DNA of 57,901 nucleotides from a virus (Duplodnaviria; Caudoviricetes): IMG/VR virus record IMGVR_UViG_3300047550_004781, positions 1 to 57,901 of that record; one strand, 5' to 3'. Shown piece by piece: positions 48,704 to 57,901 of this stretch (position 1 is its first letter; each line of letters starts with the position of its first letter). The notes under the pieces were generated by a model. It saw only the letters and a program-made list of their open reading frames with translations, ran no database searches and was not told where the DNA came from. The position numbers and the translations under genes were made by a program.

Positions 48704-50596
48704 ATGGCACAAGTTATACGTGAAGCACTGACATTTGATGATGTGTTGCTGGAGCCTGGTTATAGTAATGTACTACCAGCAGATGTTGATATACAAAGCA
48801 AGTTTAGCCGTAATATCAAGCTGAATATCCCCATCGTAAGTGCTGCCATGGACACTGTTACTGAGCATGAGATGGCCATTGCCATGGCAGAAGCTGGTGG
48901 CATTGGAGTGATTCACAAAAATCTAACTCATGATCAACAAGCTGCCGAAGTCAGCAAAGTCAAGCGTTATGTGAGTGGTATGGTGGTCAATCCTGTGACC
49001 ATCCAACCACAAGAGAAACTGGTGACAGTGCGGGAACTCATGCAACAGCATGATGTGAGTGGTATTCCTGTTGTATCAGGAGAGACAAACCGTTTGATTG
49101 GAATAGTAACCTATCGTGATGTTAGATTTGCCAAAGATCCCAATACTCTTGTAGAACAACTGATGACCAGTGAAAATTTGGTTACAGTCACAGGTAATGT
49201 AAGCCAGGATGAGGCTAGGGATCTCCTGCACAAGCATAGAATTGAAAAGTTAATTGTGGTAGATGAGAACTACAGTTGTGTGGGATTGATCACATTTAGA
49301 GATATTGATCGCGCTCAAGCCACGCCCTTGGCACTCAAAGACCCACATGGTAGACTGATGGTGGCTGCTGCTGTGGGGGTGAGTTTGCAAGAATTTATTC
49401 GAGCTCAGTGTTTGGTAAATGCTGGAGCGGATGCACTGGTGGTAGATACTGCCCATGGTCACACACAAGGAGTGGGAGATCAAGTCAAGCGCCTCAAAGC
49501 TGCTTATCCCAATTTGGATGTGGTGGCAGGCAATGTTGCCACACCCCAAGCAGCACAATACCTTTATGATAGTCAAGCAGATGGTATAAAGGTGGGAATA
49601 GGACCTGGTTGTTTTGTGCCCGGCATGCCTGTTGTAACCCACCAAGGAAGCAAACCAATAGAAAAAGTGCAAATTGGTGATAGAGTTTTGACTCACAAGG
49701 GTCAATGGAAACCTGTTACAAATCTGTTTACTTTTGATGATAAGAAACAGATTATTCATATAAATGATATCATTTGTACGCCCAATCATGAATTTTTTGT
49801 ATTGCATAAGAAATACCAGACTCTCGTAACAGACGACAAAATCCATGAGTATGCTGAATGGATAGAGGCCAAAAATCTAACAAAAGACTATTTGCTTATT
49901 CAGCATAACAGCTTTCCAAAATATAAATTGGTTGAGATTGACACCCTAACAGAAGAATCTTATGATGGTGTAACACATGATTTGGAAGTTGCCGATGATC
50001 ACTCCTACAATATAAATGGGGTGATAGTTCACAACAGTATTTGCACCACTCGTGTGGTGGCAGGAATTGGAATTCCACAGTTTAGTGCAATATTGGAAAC
50101 TGCAGAAATGTGTGAGAACATCAAACTGCCTCTGATTGCTGACGGCGGTATTCGCAGCAGCGGAGACATAGTCAAGGCTCTAGCAGCAGGTGCTCACAGT
50201 GTGATGTTGGGCAGCATGTTGGCTGGCACAGATGAAAGCCCAGGTGAGACGTTCATCTATCAGGGCAGAACCTACAAGAGCTATAGGGGTATGGGCAGTC
50301 TCAGTGCAATGAATCAAGGCAGTGCAGATAGATACAGTCAAGCAGGTATCAAACTCAACAAGATGGTTCCTGAAGGAGTGGAAGCTAGGGTGCCAGCCAG
50401 AGGTCCCCTGGGATTGGTGTTGCATCAGCTTGTGGGTGGATTGCGAAGTGGTATGGGATATGTGGGGGCTAAAGATTTGTTGAATTTACAAGCCCGGGCC
50501 CTGTTCCGAAGGATCACCAATGCGGGATTAAAAGAGAGCATTGTTCATGACGTGGCTATCACCAAGGAAGCACCCAACTACAATCACAACAGCTAG
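48704..50596 (+). CDS. guaB: IMP dehydrogenase (with CBS pair) containing a mini-intein
   Basis: LTFDDVLL, SAAMDTVTE, VDTAHGH, KVGIGPG|...|SICTTR, ADGGI, YRGMGS, PEGVE. Confidence 0.95.
   Translation: MAQVIREALTFDDVLLEPGYSNVLPADVDIQSKFSRNIKLNIPIVSAAMDTVTEHEMAIAMAEAGGIGVIHKNLTHDQQAAEVSKVKRYVSGMVVNPVTIQPQEKLVTVRELMQQHDVSGIPVVSGETNRLIGIVTYRDVRFAKDPNTLVEQLMTSENLVTVTGNVSQDEARDLLHKHRIEKLIVVDENYSCVGLITFRDIDRAQATPLALKDPHGRLMVAAAVGVSLQEFIRAQCLVNAGADALVVDTAHGHTQGVGDQVKRLKAAYPNLDVVAGNVATPQAAQYLYDSQADGIKVGIGPGCFVPGMPVVTHQGSKPIEKVQIGDRVLTHKGQWKPVTNLFTFDDKKQIIHINDIICTPNHEFFVLHKKYQTLVTDDKIHEYAEWIEAKNLTKDYLLIQHNSFPKYKLVEIDTLTEESYDGVTHDLEVADDHSYNINGVIVHNSICTTRVVAGIGIPQFSAILETAEMCENIKLPLIADGGIRSSGDIVKALAAGAHSVMLGSMLAGTDESPGETFIYQGRTYKSYRGMGSLSAMNQGSADRYSQAGIKLNKMVPEGVEARVPARGPLGLVLHQLVGGLRSGMGYVGAKDLLNLQARALFRRITNAGLKESIVHDVAITKEAPNYNHNS
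49610..50035 (+). other. contiguous mini-intein (142 aa, no endonuclease domain) in IMPDH
   Basis: CFVPG start, CTPNHEF block B, DLEV..HSY..VHN|S end; inserted next to the catalytic Cys loop. Confidence 0.9.
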
Positions 50597-50674
50597 GGCA
50601 GAAAAAAATATTGACAAGACTTGTGTAGAGTATATTATAGTGGGCAAGTTAAACAACACACAAGGTTATACACA

Positions 50675-51142
50675 ATGAATATGATGAACAAGCCTACGGT
50701 TGGTCTTTTTGGCACCTGTGGTAACAGCAAATGGCGCGAGCCATTTATTGCTCTCTATGAGAGTATGAACGTGCCCTACTTTAATCCTCAGGTTCCCAAT
50801 TGGAACTCAGAACTGGCAGCCAAGGAGGCTGAACATCTGGCCACAGATCCCATTGTGCTGATTCCCATCACCAATGAAACCAGTGGTATTGGCAGTTTGG
50901 CTGAGGTGGGCTTTACAGTGGCACAGGCAGCCATCAACAAGTGCTCCCGCAATTTTGTGATCTACATTGCTCCAACCGTGGATGAAACTCTGGTCACAGA
51001 TCCTGGAGTGGCCAAGGAAAGCAATCGCGCTCGTAAACTGGTGCTGGCACATCTCCACAAGCTACAACTCAACAACGTGATGGTTGTGAACAGCCTGGAG
51101 CACATGCTGGACGTGAGTGTGGGTCTCATTGACCGCATGTGA
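50675..51142 (+). CDS. nucleoside 2-deoxyribosyltransferase-like protein
   Basis: GLFGTC..WRE, YFNPQV..W, SLAEVG. Confidence 0.6.
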   Translation: MNMMNKPTVGLFGTCGNSKWREPFIALYESMNVPYFNPQVPNWNSELAAKEAEHLATDPIVLIPITNETSGIGSLAEVGFTVAQAAINKCSRNFVIYIAPTVDETLVTDPGVAKESNRARKLVLAHLHKLQLNNVMVVNSLEHMLDVSVGLIDRM

Positions 51143-51464
51143 TCACAGAGACTATGTGAATTTGTACAATATTTGATGCTGTGCAATCAAGAACCAGGAA
51201 AAACACCATGAGTCAACCCAATTGGGAAATTGTTGCAAGGGCTGTGTGCAACATGGAGGGCATAATCCAGGGCCTCAAGAACAAGACTTTGGAAAAATAT
51301 ATTGAGGCAAATCATGCAGCAAGGATTCCTTCATTGCAGGCATCCTATGCACAATGGCTAGCTCGTCAGACCCAATCTTGAATTTCTGTGTGGGATGAGC
51401 TAATTTGTTGTTGACAGAACAGGCATCTGTAGTTGAATCTTCATGTGAAGAGTGAGAAACCACC

Positions 51465-52358
51465 ATGCTGCTGCAAGACCTAGCCAAAAAGAACCTTATC
51501 CATCCACCCAAGTGGCTGCCACATAACACATGTTATTTGGCAATTGTGGGTAGTGAAAGCTATGGCGCCAACCTACCAGGCACCAGCGACCAGGACATTC
51601 AGGGGTTTTGTATTCCGCCCAAGGACAATGTGTTTCCACATCTACAAGGTGAAATTCCTGGTTTTGGTAGTCAGATACAGAGGTTCAACGATTGGCAAGA
51701 GCATCACGTCAAGGACCCTGATAGGGTGATTGAATTTGATTTCGCTGTTTATAGCATTGTTAGGTTCTTTCATCTGGCCATGGAGAACAATCCCAATATT
51801 CTGGATATCATTGCCGTTCCAGCCAACTGCATCAAACACATCACCCCGGTTGGACAGCTGGTTCGAGATAACCGCCGCATGTTCTACCATGCTGGATGTT
51901 TTCACAAATTCAGGGGATATGCGGCAGCTCAGATGGCCAAGCTAGATGGAGGGTCCAATCGCAGCAACACCAAAAGGGCTGAATCCATTGCCAAATTTGG
52001 GTTGGATACCAAATTTCTCATGCACGTGGTGCGCCTGGCTCTCGAGTGTGAACAGATCCTTCTCACCGGAGATCTAGATCTCAAGCGAGATAGCCAATTT
52101 TTGCTGAGCGTTAGACAAGGAGAAATGTCTCTGGAAGATGGCAAGAAATGGTGGGCTAGCAAAGAAAGGGACCTAGAAACCGCATATTCGAATTGCAAGG
52201 TGGTACCCATGGTCCCCGACGAGGCGCGCATCAAGGAACTGCTGCTAGATTGCCTATCCGCACATTATGGCGATTTGTCGTCGGCTATCAAGGTGCAGGT
52301 TCCGATTGAGAGGATGATCGATGATCTGCAATCCCTGATTGATCGCTACAAGGTGTGA
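51465..52358 (+). CDS. Pol-beta-superfamily nucleotidyltransferase
   Basis: GSESYG..SDQDIQG, NPNILD, K..HVVRL. Confidence 0.85.
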   Translation: MLLQDLAKKNLIHPPKWLPHNTCYLAIVGSESYGANLPGTSDQDIQGFCIPPKDNVFPHLQGEIPGFGSQIQRFNDWQEHHVKDPDRVIEFDFAVYSIVRFFHLAMENNPNILDIIAVPANCIKHITPVGQLVRDNRRMFYHAGCFHKFRGYAAAQMAKLDGGSNRSNTKRAESIAKFGLDTKFLMHVVRLALECEQILLTGDLDLKRDSQFLLSVRQGEMSLEDGKKWWASKERDLETAYSNCKVVPMVPDEARIKELLLDCLSAHYGDLSSAIKVQVPIERMIDDLQSLIDRYKV

Positions 52359-52550
52359 TCCTTCCTAGTTTCCACCCAGGTCCAGGGTCATCCAGGAATG
52401 CTTTTTGTATCAAGCCGTTGTTGTAATAACGCATTCCTTGGTTGCCCCTGGTGCCATTTAGTCGTCCTCGTGTCCAGCCATGACCGGGGCAACTATTAGA
52501 TCGTCTAACATTGATTCCATCGTTCCACCAGCTCATAGAACCAGGTAGGC
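52355..52550 (-). pseudogene. homing-endonuclease C-terminal repeat remnant
   Basis: WWNDG..CPGHGWTRGR / YYNNG..PGPGWKLGR tandem motifs without a nuclease domain. Confidence 0.6.
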
Positions 52551-52626
52551 GGCCACGCCCTGCTGACCGACCTGCAATGGCTGGTGGACAGGTATCGGGG
52601 GAGCTGATGCCGCCATAACCACCCGC

Positions 52627-53135
52627 ATGCGGGCCAGGGACATCATCACCGAGGACTATCGCACGGCCGCCGCCAGGTTCGTGCAGCAGGGCGCCCAGCG
52701 CGAGGAGGTGGACGCGCTGATCGCCCGCTGGTGGACAGGAACCAGATACGCCACGCCGAGCAGCGGCAGATAGACCGGTGGGCCCGGCAGGGCTGGCAGC
52801 GCTTCCGCGCCTTCGTGCTGGGCTGGGAGGGGCACGTCACGCCCACGCAGAGCAAGAGCAAGCGGCTGGTGGGCGATGCCGTGGTGCTCAGGGAGGATGA
52901 TCGCTGGCTGGTGGTCATACCCCTGGACAAGGAGGCCAGCTGCTTCCACGGCAGGAACACCGACTGGTGCACCGCCAAGCCACGCAGGACGCACTGGGAG
53001 GAACACTTCATAGATGCCCGGACCGTGCTGGAACAGCACTATGGCAGCCTGGCTGCCGCGGTGGTGCGGGTGCCGCAGATGGATACAATGATTAACGATC
53101 TTGAAGCCCTGGTGGCCAAATACAAGCAAAGTTGA
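52627..53135 (+). pseudogene. GC-rich frameshifted chimeric gene ending in a nucleotidyltransferase-like tail
   Basis: MRARDIITE start, frameshift near 52730, ASCFHGRNTDWCTA motif, then HYGSL..MINDLEALVAKYK. Confidence 0.55.
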
Positions 53136-53265
53136 TCTAGTGTGGACAGTGGTAGGGTCTTCGAATGGATGACAATTCAAATGACCCTATCTATATCCGC
53201 AACAGAGGAATATTTTTGTAGTGTTTCTAGTTGACAATTGGCTCTGTCAAGATTATTCTGGACTG

Positions 53266-53598
53266 ATGGAGCCAAACATACACAACAATGGGCTGTGTAC
53301 CCATTTTAGAGTGGGGCAGATTCGCAAGGACAGCCGCCTAAATCCAGAAGAAGTTTTTGTGATCACGCACATTTATGAATTAGTGTACAAGACCAGTGCA
53401 CGATCTATAAGAGTTGTAGGATATCCAATCAACCGCCAAACACATCCAAAAGAATATTTGCCAGCTAGACCATTGGGTATGGGAAAACCTGGAATAACAG
53501 AAGACCAATTACGAGATTTGGATTCTCAAAGCATGCTCAGTATGTATCCTTTTGTGATGTTTGATCCAGTTCATTCAGATTCCCAGCAAATAATGTGA
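53266..53598 (+). CDS. hypothetical protein
   Basis: ORF after TTGACA promoter at about 53231. Confidence 0.4.
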   Translation: MEPNIHNNGLCTHFRVGQIRKDSRLNPEEVFVITHIYELVYKTSARSIRVVGYPINRQTHPKEYLPARPLGMGKPGITEDQLRDLDSQSMLSMYPFVMFDPVHSDSQQIM

Positions 53599-53821
53599 AT
53601 CCAAGGTCAACATCTCTCAGTTTGATCAGAATGCTGTGAGCAGACTCCAAGGAATGAGAATACCTGTTACCACATCCACATGCGCTGGGGCAGACGGTAC
53701 CTGGTGACACAAGCAACATGATCTGTCATCTAGTGGTTGGGGCAAAACAAGCGATTTTTTTAGTTGACAAAATTTCACACCGTGTTATTGTGGCAACACC
53801 ATCAAGGAGAGACAAAAACCC

Positions 53822-53944
53822 ATGTTTGCATTCACTTTCAAGGCCCCCAGCTATGTGGCTGCTCGTGAGTATGTTGCTCGCAGGGGATTTCGTGCCCGGA
53901 TCACCTATCTTATCAATGGATTTTGGTTGGCTGAACGGGCTTGA
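53822..53944 (+). CDS. 40-aa small protein MFAFTFKAPSYVAAREYVARRGFRARITYLINGFWLAERA
   Basis: TTGACA promoter at about 53764 and GGAGAG RBS; below the ORF-track cutoff. Confidence 0.5.
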   Translation: MFAFTFKAPSYVAAREYVARRGFRARITYLINGFWLAERA

Positions 53945-53986
53945 CAATTGGTTGACATATTGCCCACCGCCAAAGGAGGATACGCC

Positions 53987-54331
53987 ATGATCTCTCGTCC
54001 ATCCCTTGAAACTGCTGGATATCGCCAGTGTCGCAACCCCATGCAGCGTGATGACTGGAATGCATGGCTGTTTCAGAAGCGGTTCAATGATGAACAGGGC
54101 ACTCGCTATTTTATTGATGTCATGGAATATGATTGGCAGCAATTTGCCCATAAGCTCTCTGGTACCAGATTCAGCTATGAACCTCATGTCACGATCTACA
54201 CAGGCAATGGAGATGCATCGTTCAGCATGATTGTTCAGGACGATGCTGCTTGTGCTAGCATAGAAGGCCTTGAAATCTTTGTAGAAAATATCTGGACCAA
54301 GCTGGGTGCGGGCTACTACGAGATCTACTGA
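53987..54331 (+). CDS. hypothetical protein
   Basis: AAGGAGG RBS before ATG. Confidence 0.55.
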   Translation: MISRPSLETAGYRQCRNPMQRDDWNAWLFQKRFNDEQGTRYFIDVMEYDWQQFAHKLSGTRFSYEPHVTIYTGNGDASFSMIVQDDAACASIEGLEIFVENIWTKLGAGYYEIY

Positions 54332-54490
54332 ATAGCAATAGGTTAGCTGATTTGACCCTATTCTCGTGCGGTAGATTAAAATCAACTGTGTGTGAACTAC
54401 ACTCAGGTGCACGAGAACAGGAGATTTTTGTGGTTGACATATGGGACAATCATGCTATGTTGGCCACATGAAACAAGGAGAGAGCCCTTG

Positions 54491-54706
54491 ATGCAAGATT
54501 CTCAACTGCGCAGTGAATACAAAGATAGTGACTATGTAGTGGAAATGGAAGGCATTGGTACAGTACCTATAACTCTACTGTCTCGTGAACACCTGATTCA
54601 GGAGTTGCGTAGGGCCATGGACAAGTTGGAAGATCTGGATGAGATCTTGCACAATGCTATCAGCAAGATCCACGATTGGCGCTATAGCATTGATGCGCGA
54701 GATTAG
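54491..54706 (+). CDS. hypothetical protein
   Basis: Promoter and AAGGAG RBS upstream. Confidence 0.45.
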   Translation: MQDSQLRSEYKDSDYVVEMEGIGTVPITLLSREHLIQELRRAMDKLEDLDEILHNAISKIHDWRYSIDARD

Positions 54707-54791
54707 AGAACAAGAAACACCTTTTTTTTTGGTTGACAATTGGATCAACCATGCTATACTGACCACACATGAGCAAAAGGACTTGTATATC

Positions 54792-55214
54792 ATGACCAAC
54801 ATCGAAGCTTTCGTCAAGCTGGGTCGTTTCATGATCTCGCATGCCAGCCAGTTTGTGGATGATACCCAGTGCAATCGTTGGGCCCGTTCGGGCCAGCTGC
54901 TCACAGAGATGGGTATGCCGTTTGCACCCAAGCTCAGTGAGTTTGGGAAGGAACAGATTGACACTGTGCGTGAAGCGGCCAGTGTGATGTCTGGCAAGAC
55001 GGAAATGCCTGCCAAGTTACAGCCACATGCCATAGAGCAGCCACGCCGCACACGACGGGCTCGTATGACCAAGGCCATGACCAGGGACCAGGCATCCAAG
55101 GTTGCCAAGACTGCCAAGGTTGCCAAGCCTGTCAAGGCCACCAAGACCAGCAACGCTGTTGCTCCGGTGGTCAAGCGGGGCCGTGGTCGTCCGCGCAAGA
55201 ATCCTGTGGCCTAA
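54792..55214 (+). CDS. basic protein with histone H1-like repeats and C-terminal AT-hook
   Basis: KVAKTAKVAKPVKATK and KRGRGRPRK. Confidence 0.65.
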   Translation: MTNIEAFVKLGRFMISHASQFVDDTQCNRWARSGQLLTEMGMPFAPKLSEFGKEQIDTVREAASVMSGKTEMPAKLQPHAIEQPRRTRRARMTKAMTRDQASKVAKTAKVAKPVKATKTSNAVAPVVKRGRGRPRKNPVA

Positions 55215-55309
55215 CCTGTTATGTCCAACCGTACCAAAAAAATGGTGCACGGTGCAATTTGGACCAGAAAATCCCCAGGTGTAGACCACTCTAGAACCAG
55301 GATGATACC

Positions 55310-56161
55310 ATGAGGACACTTTCCAGCAACATCGACTCCAGCGTGAATTTCATCGAGCAACAGCTGACGGGATTCATCGAAAGCCGATACGTTCGCCGGA
55401 CCGTCGATTATTTCATAGCATATCTAAGCAGCCAAACCGGATGCAATCGTGGATGCAGGATGTGCCATCTAACGGCAACGAAGCAAACACAGTTCACCAA
55501 CTGCGATCTGCAGGATTTTGCCAATCAGCTTGATACGGTTTTCGCCCATTAAGACAGGGATCTACCAGCACGATACATGCACGTTAACTGGATGGCACGT
55601 GGTGAACCTCTGGCGAATCCCACCATCACCGAGACCAGCACGGATCTCCTGCTCAGGTTGGGACGCATGGCCAACGACAGGAACCTGCCGGTCAAGTTTA
55701 ACATCTCGACGATCATGCCATTGACCATGAGAAAATCACTGGTAGAAATGTTCCCCATGATACATCCGACGATCTACTACAGCGTCTATTCGACGGACAA
55801 GAGTTTCCGGGACAAATGGTTGCCAGGTGCGTTGCCGGTTGGCCGGGCATTGGAAATGCTGGCGGAATATCAGAACTTCAGCAGGAAGATCATCAAGTTC
55901 CATGGTGCGTTCATCAGGGGTCAGAATGACCACGATAAGGACATCAACGCGCTGATGTCCGCGATTTCCAGCCACGGTATCCGAGGTGAATTCAACGTGG
56001 TCAGATATAATCCATTCAGCGTTCTTCAGGGGGAAGAAAGTCCCCATGTCGACATGATAGCCCAGATGATATCCCAGTACATGCCCTGCAAGGTCATACC
56101 AAGGGTGGGGATAGATGTTTATTCATCATGTGGTCAATTTGTTCCAAAGAAAGAGGAATGA
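55310..56161 (+). pseudogene. RlmN/Cfr-like radical SAM gene with one in-frame TAA (55550-55552)
   Basis: SSQTGCNRGCRMC, MARGEP, IST, GQND, YNP, SSCGQ; both ORF halves are in the same frame. Confidence 0.8.
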
Positions 56162-56506
56162 ATCCTACGGTGGCTATAATGGTAGCTACCTTAGGATGCG
56201 TTTTTCCTAAGATTAGATCTTTCTTTACCAAACACGGAATACACGCATGCGTATGTGCCCAGACCTGTATGACGTTTTGGCTCAGCGCATGGGTGCTTTG
56301 AACGGGGATATTGCTGCATATAGGCAGCGGCTGATTGAGCAGGGGCGTAGCCACGATGTGGAAAAACGCCTGCGATGGGACATGATGTGGGCTGCTGTGG
56401 GCAGCACCTGGAAGGTTGATTGAGGATCAATTAGAAATCCATTGACTTTTCCTCGTGTTGAGCTAGAATAAACCTAGAAACAATCGAGGCATGGCCGATT
56501 GGAATC

Positions 56507-56815
56507 ATGGATCTAGCAGCAACAAACCTATTATCGCCACTCGTGCTTTGTTTTGCCTTAGGGGCAATGGCAGTTGTCCTCAGGGGTAGCCTTAGGTTGC
56601 CGGAACAGGCATTTGATGTCCTCGGCATATATCTCATGCTGGCCATCGGTCTCCACGGTGGCAGGGCCATGGCTTCCGCAGACATATCTGCATTTTTTCC
56701 CGTGGCGATGATGGCGGTGGCCGTTGGAGTGGTGATACCGATCATATGCTCAACCGTCATCGGGATATCAACCAATGTATCCGTTGCCGATAGGCTGGCG
56801 ATAGGAGCACATTAC
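56507..56815 (+). pseudogene. sbtA: SbtA-like sodium-dependent bicarbonate transporter, 5' part, interrupted by IS
   Basis: NLLSP..F.LG, IYLMLAIGLHGG, AIGAHY broken where SbtA continues GSVS. Confidence 0.75.
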
Positions 56816-57901
56816 CTCCCGCCGCGGAAAGCCAGGCGCCTTTAGGCCCTGGATGGATAGCGGCTTTTTGAACAGATTATATAAATAGATTTATGAAACA
56901 GCGATATCGCTATAGGATTTATCCAACCCCTGCTCAAGAACAACAGATGCGTTCTGTGGGCGGAGCAGTGCGATATCTATACAACCATTTCCTACGTGTA
57001 AACATTGATGAATATCAATTGACCAAAAAATTTGTTTGGCAGTTTGACATGTGCAAACAACTGACTGAATTGAAGAAACACACCCCGTGGTTATCAGATA
57101 CCTACAGTCAAGTGCTACAACAAAGCATAAGTGACTTGGATACAGCACTGAAAAATATGAAAAAGACAGGTGCTGGCTTTCCCAAGTTCAAAAGCAAATA
57201 CACAACTCCTGTTAGCTTTAGATATCAACAAAACGTGAGAGTTGACAACAACAAGCTATATCTACCCAAGATTGGTGATATCAAGATTGTATTGCATAGG
57301 GATTTGCCCACATTCAAGGGTGTGACTGTGATTCAAACACCACGTGGTTGGTATGCCTCATTTGTGGTTGATGTGACTGAATTGCCATTGGTTCAAAAAA
57401 TAACCAACCCGGTAGGGGTGGATGTCAACAGCAAATTCACGGCATTGAGCACTGGTGAATTGATTGCCAATCCCAAGCCATTGGTGAAGAAACAAGCACG
57501 TATCAAACAGTTACAACGCAAGCTATGCAGAAAACAAAAAGCAAGTAGGAATAGAACAAAAGCAAAACAAAAACTGGCACGAACCCATGATCTGGTTCGC
57601 TGCCAAAGACTCGACCATATACATCAGACAAGTGCGAGAATAGCCAAATCACATGACCTGGTGTGTGTTGAAACACTGAAAATTGAAGAGATGAGACGCA
57701 AGAGCAAGCCCATAGCCAAGTGTATAGCTGATGCTGGTTGGGCTATGTTGATTGGTGCATTGGCCTACAAGTGCCAAAGGCAAGGCCATCATCTTGTCAA
57801 GATCAATCAGTGGCTACCCAGTAGCAAGACCTGCTCCTCATGTGGTGCACGCAAAAGTCACATGGATCTCAAGCAAAGAGAATATCATTGTGATCATTGC
57901 G
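56816..57901 (+). mobile_element. IS1341-like element copy B (runs off the window)
   Basis: TTAC|CTCCCGCCGCGGAAAGCCAGG LE; closely homologous to copy A. Confidence 0.92.
56893..57901 (+). CDS. tnpB: TnpB (partial, truncated by the window end)
   Basis: MKQRYRYRIYP..GVDVN..VETL; TATAAATA at 56880-56887. Confidence 0.9.
   Translation, partial: MKQRYRYRIYPTPAQEQQMRSVGGAVRYLYNHFLRVNIDEYQLTKKFVWQFDMCKQLTELKKHTPWLSDTYSQVLQQSISDLDTALKNMKKTGAGFPKFKSKYTTPVSFRYQQNVRVDNNKLYLPKIGDIKIVLHRDLPTFKGVTVIQTPRGWYASFVVDVTELPLVQKITNPVGVDVNSKFTALSTGELIANPKPLVKKQARIKQLQRKLCRKQKASRNRTKAKQKLARTHDLVRCQRLDHIHQTSARIAKSHDLVCVETLKIEEMRRKSKPIAKCIADAGWAMLIGALAYKCQRQGHHLVKINQWLPSSKTCSSCGARKSHMDLKQREYHCDHC

Noticed and set aside
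50021-50032. GTGATAGTTCAC resembling the IS right end inside the IMPDH intein
   Set aside because: It simply encodes the intein's VIVH(N) terminus and has no RE hairpin upstream.
54391-54412. GTGAACTAC as another IS right end
   Set aside because: Only 9 nt match and there is no proper subterminal hairpin.
55550-55552. Genome-wide stop-codon reassignment
   Set aside because: TAA, TAG and TGA all end well-conserved genes elsewhere; only one in-frame stop was seen.
1-57901. CRISPR array, tRNA or rRNA genes
   Set aside because: No regularly spaced repeats or convincing cloverleaf were seen by eye; a tRNAscan run would be needed to exclude tRNAs fully.

Overview
This 57.9-kb window looks like part of a large T4-like/jumbo bacteriophage genome, probably infecting a proteobacterium. 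Genes are dense, sigma70-type TTGACA promoters are frequent and T4-late-like TAAATA motifs recur. It encodes replication and repair genes (ATP-dependent ligase, UvsE, family-B DNA polymerase, putative sliding clamp, RNase H-like nuclease) and a 7-deazaguanine DNA-modification locus (QueD-like, GT-B, DpdA/TGT-like, FolE, QueE, plus extra glycosyl- and methyltransferases; no QueC seen). Auxiliary genes include an intein-containing IMPDH, Thg1, CysQ, a SpeD-like protein and an SbtA fragment. Four features stand out. (1) The DNA polymerase is split at its catalytic YGDTD|S motif into two genes carrying the halves of a split intein, and a TnpB (IS1341-like) element sits between them in place of most of a homing endonuclease. 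(2) Four TnpB-bearing elements carry phage late-promoter motifs, and scattered derivatives exist: an orphan omegaRNA with its own guide, a 288-bp mini element, a 48-bp LE/RE fusion and palindromes made from IS ends. (3) Late genes look like polyproteins of modules joined at L/I-x-E prohead-protease-like sites. (4) A nucleotidyltransferase gene is followed by two more copies of its own 3' end. All calls come from reading motifs by eye; no searches were run.
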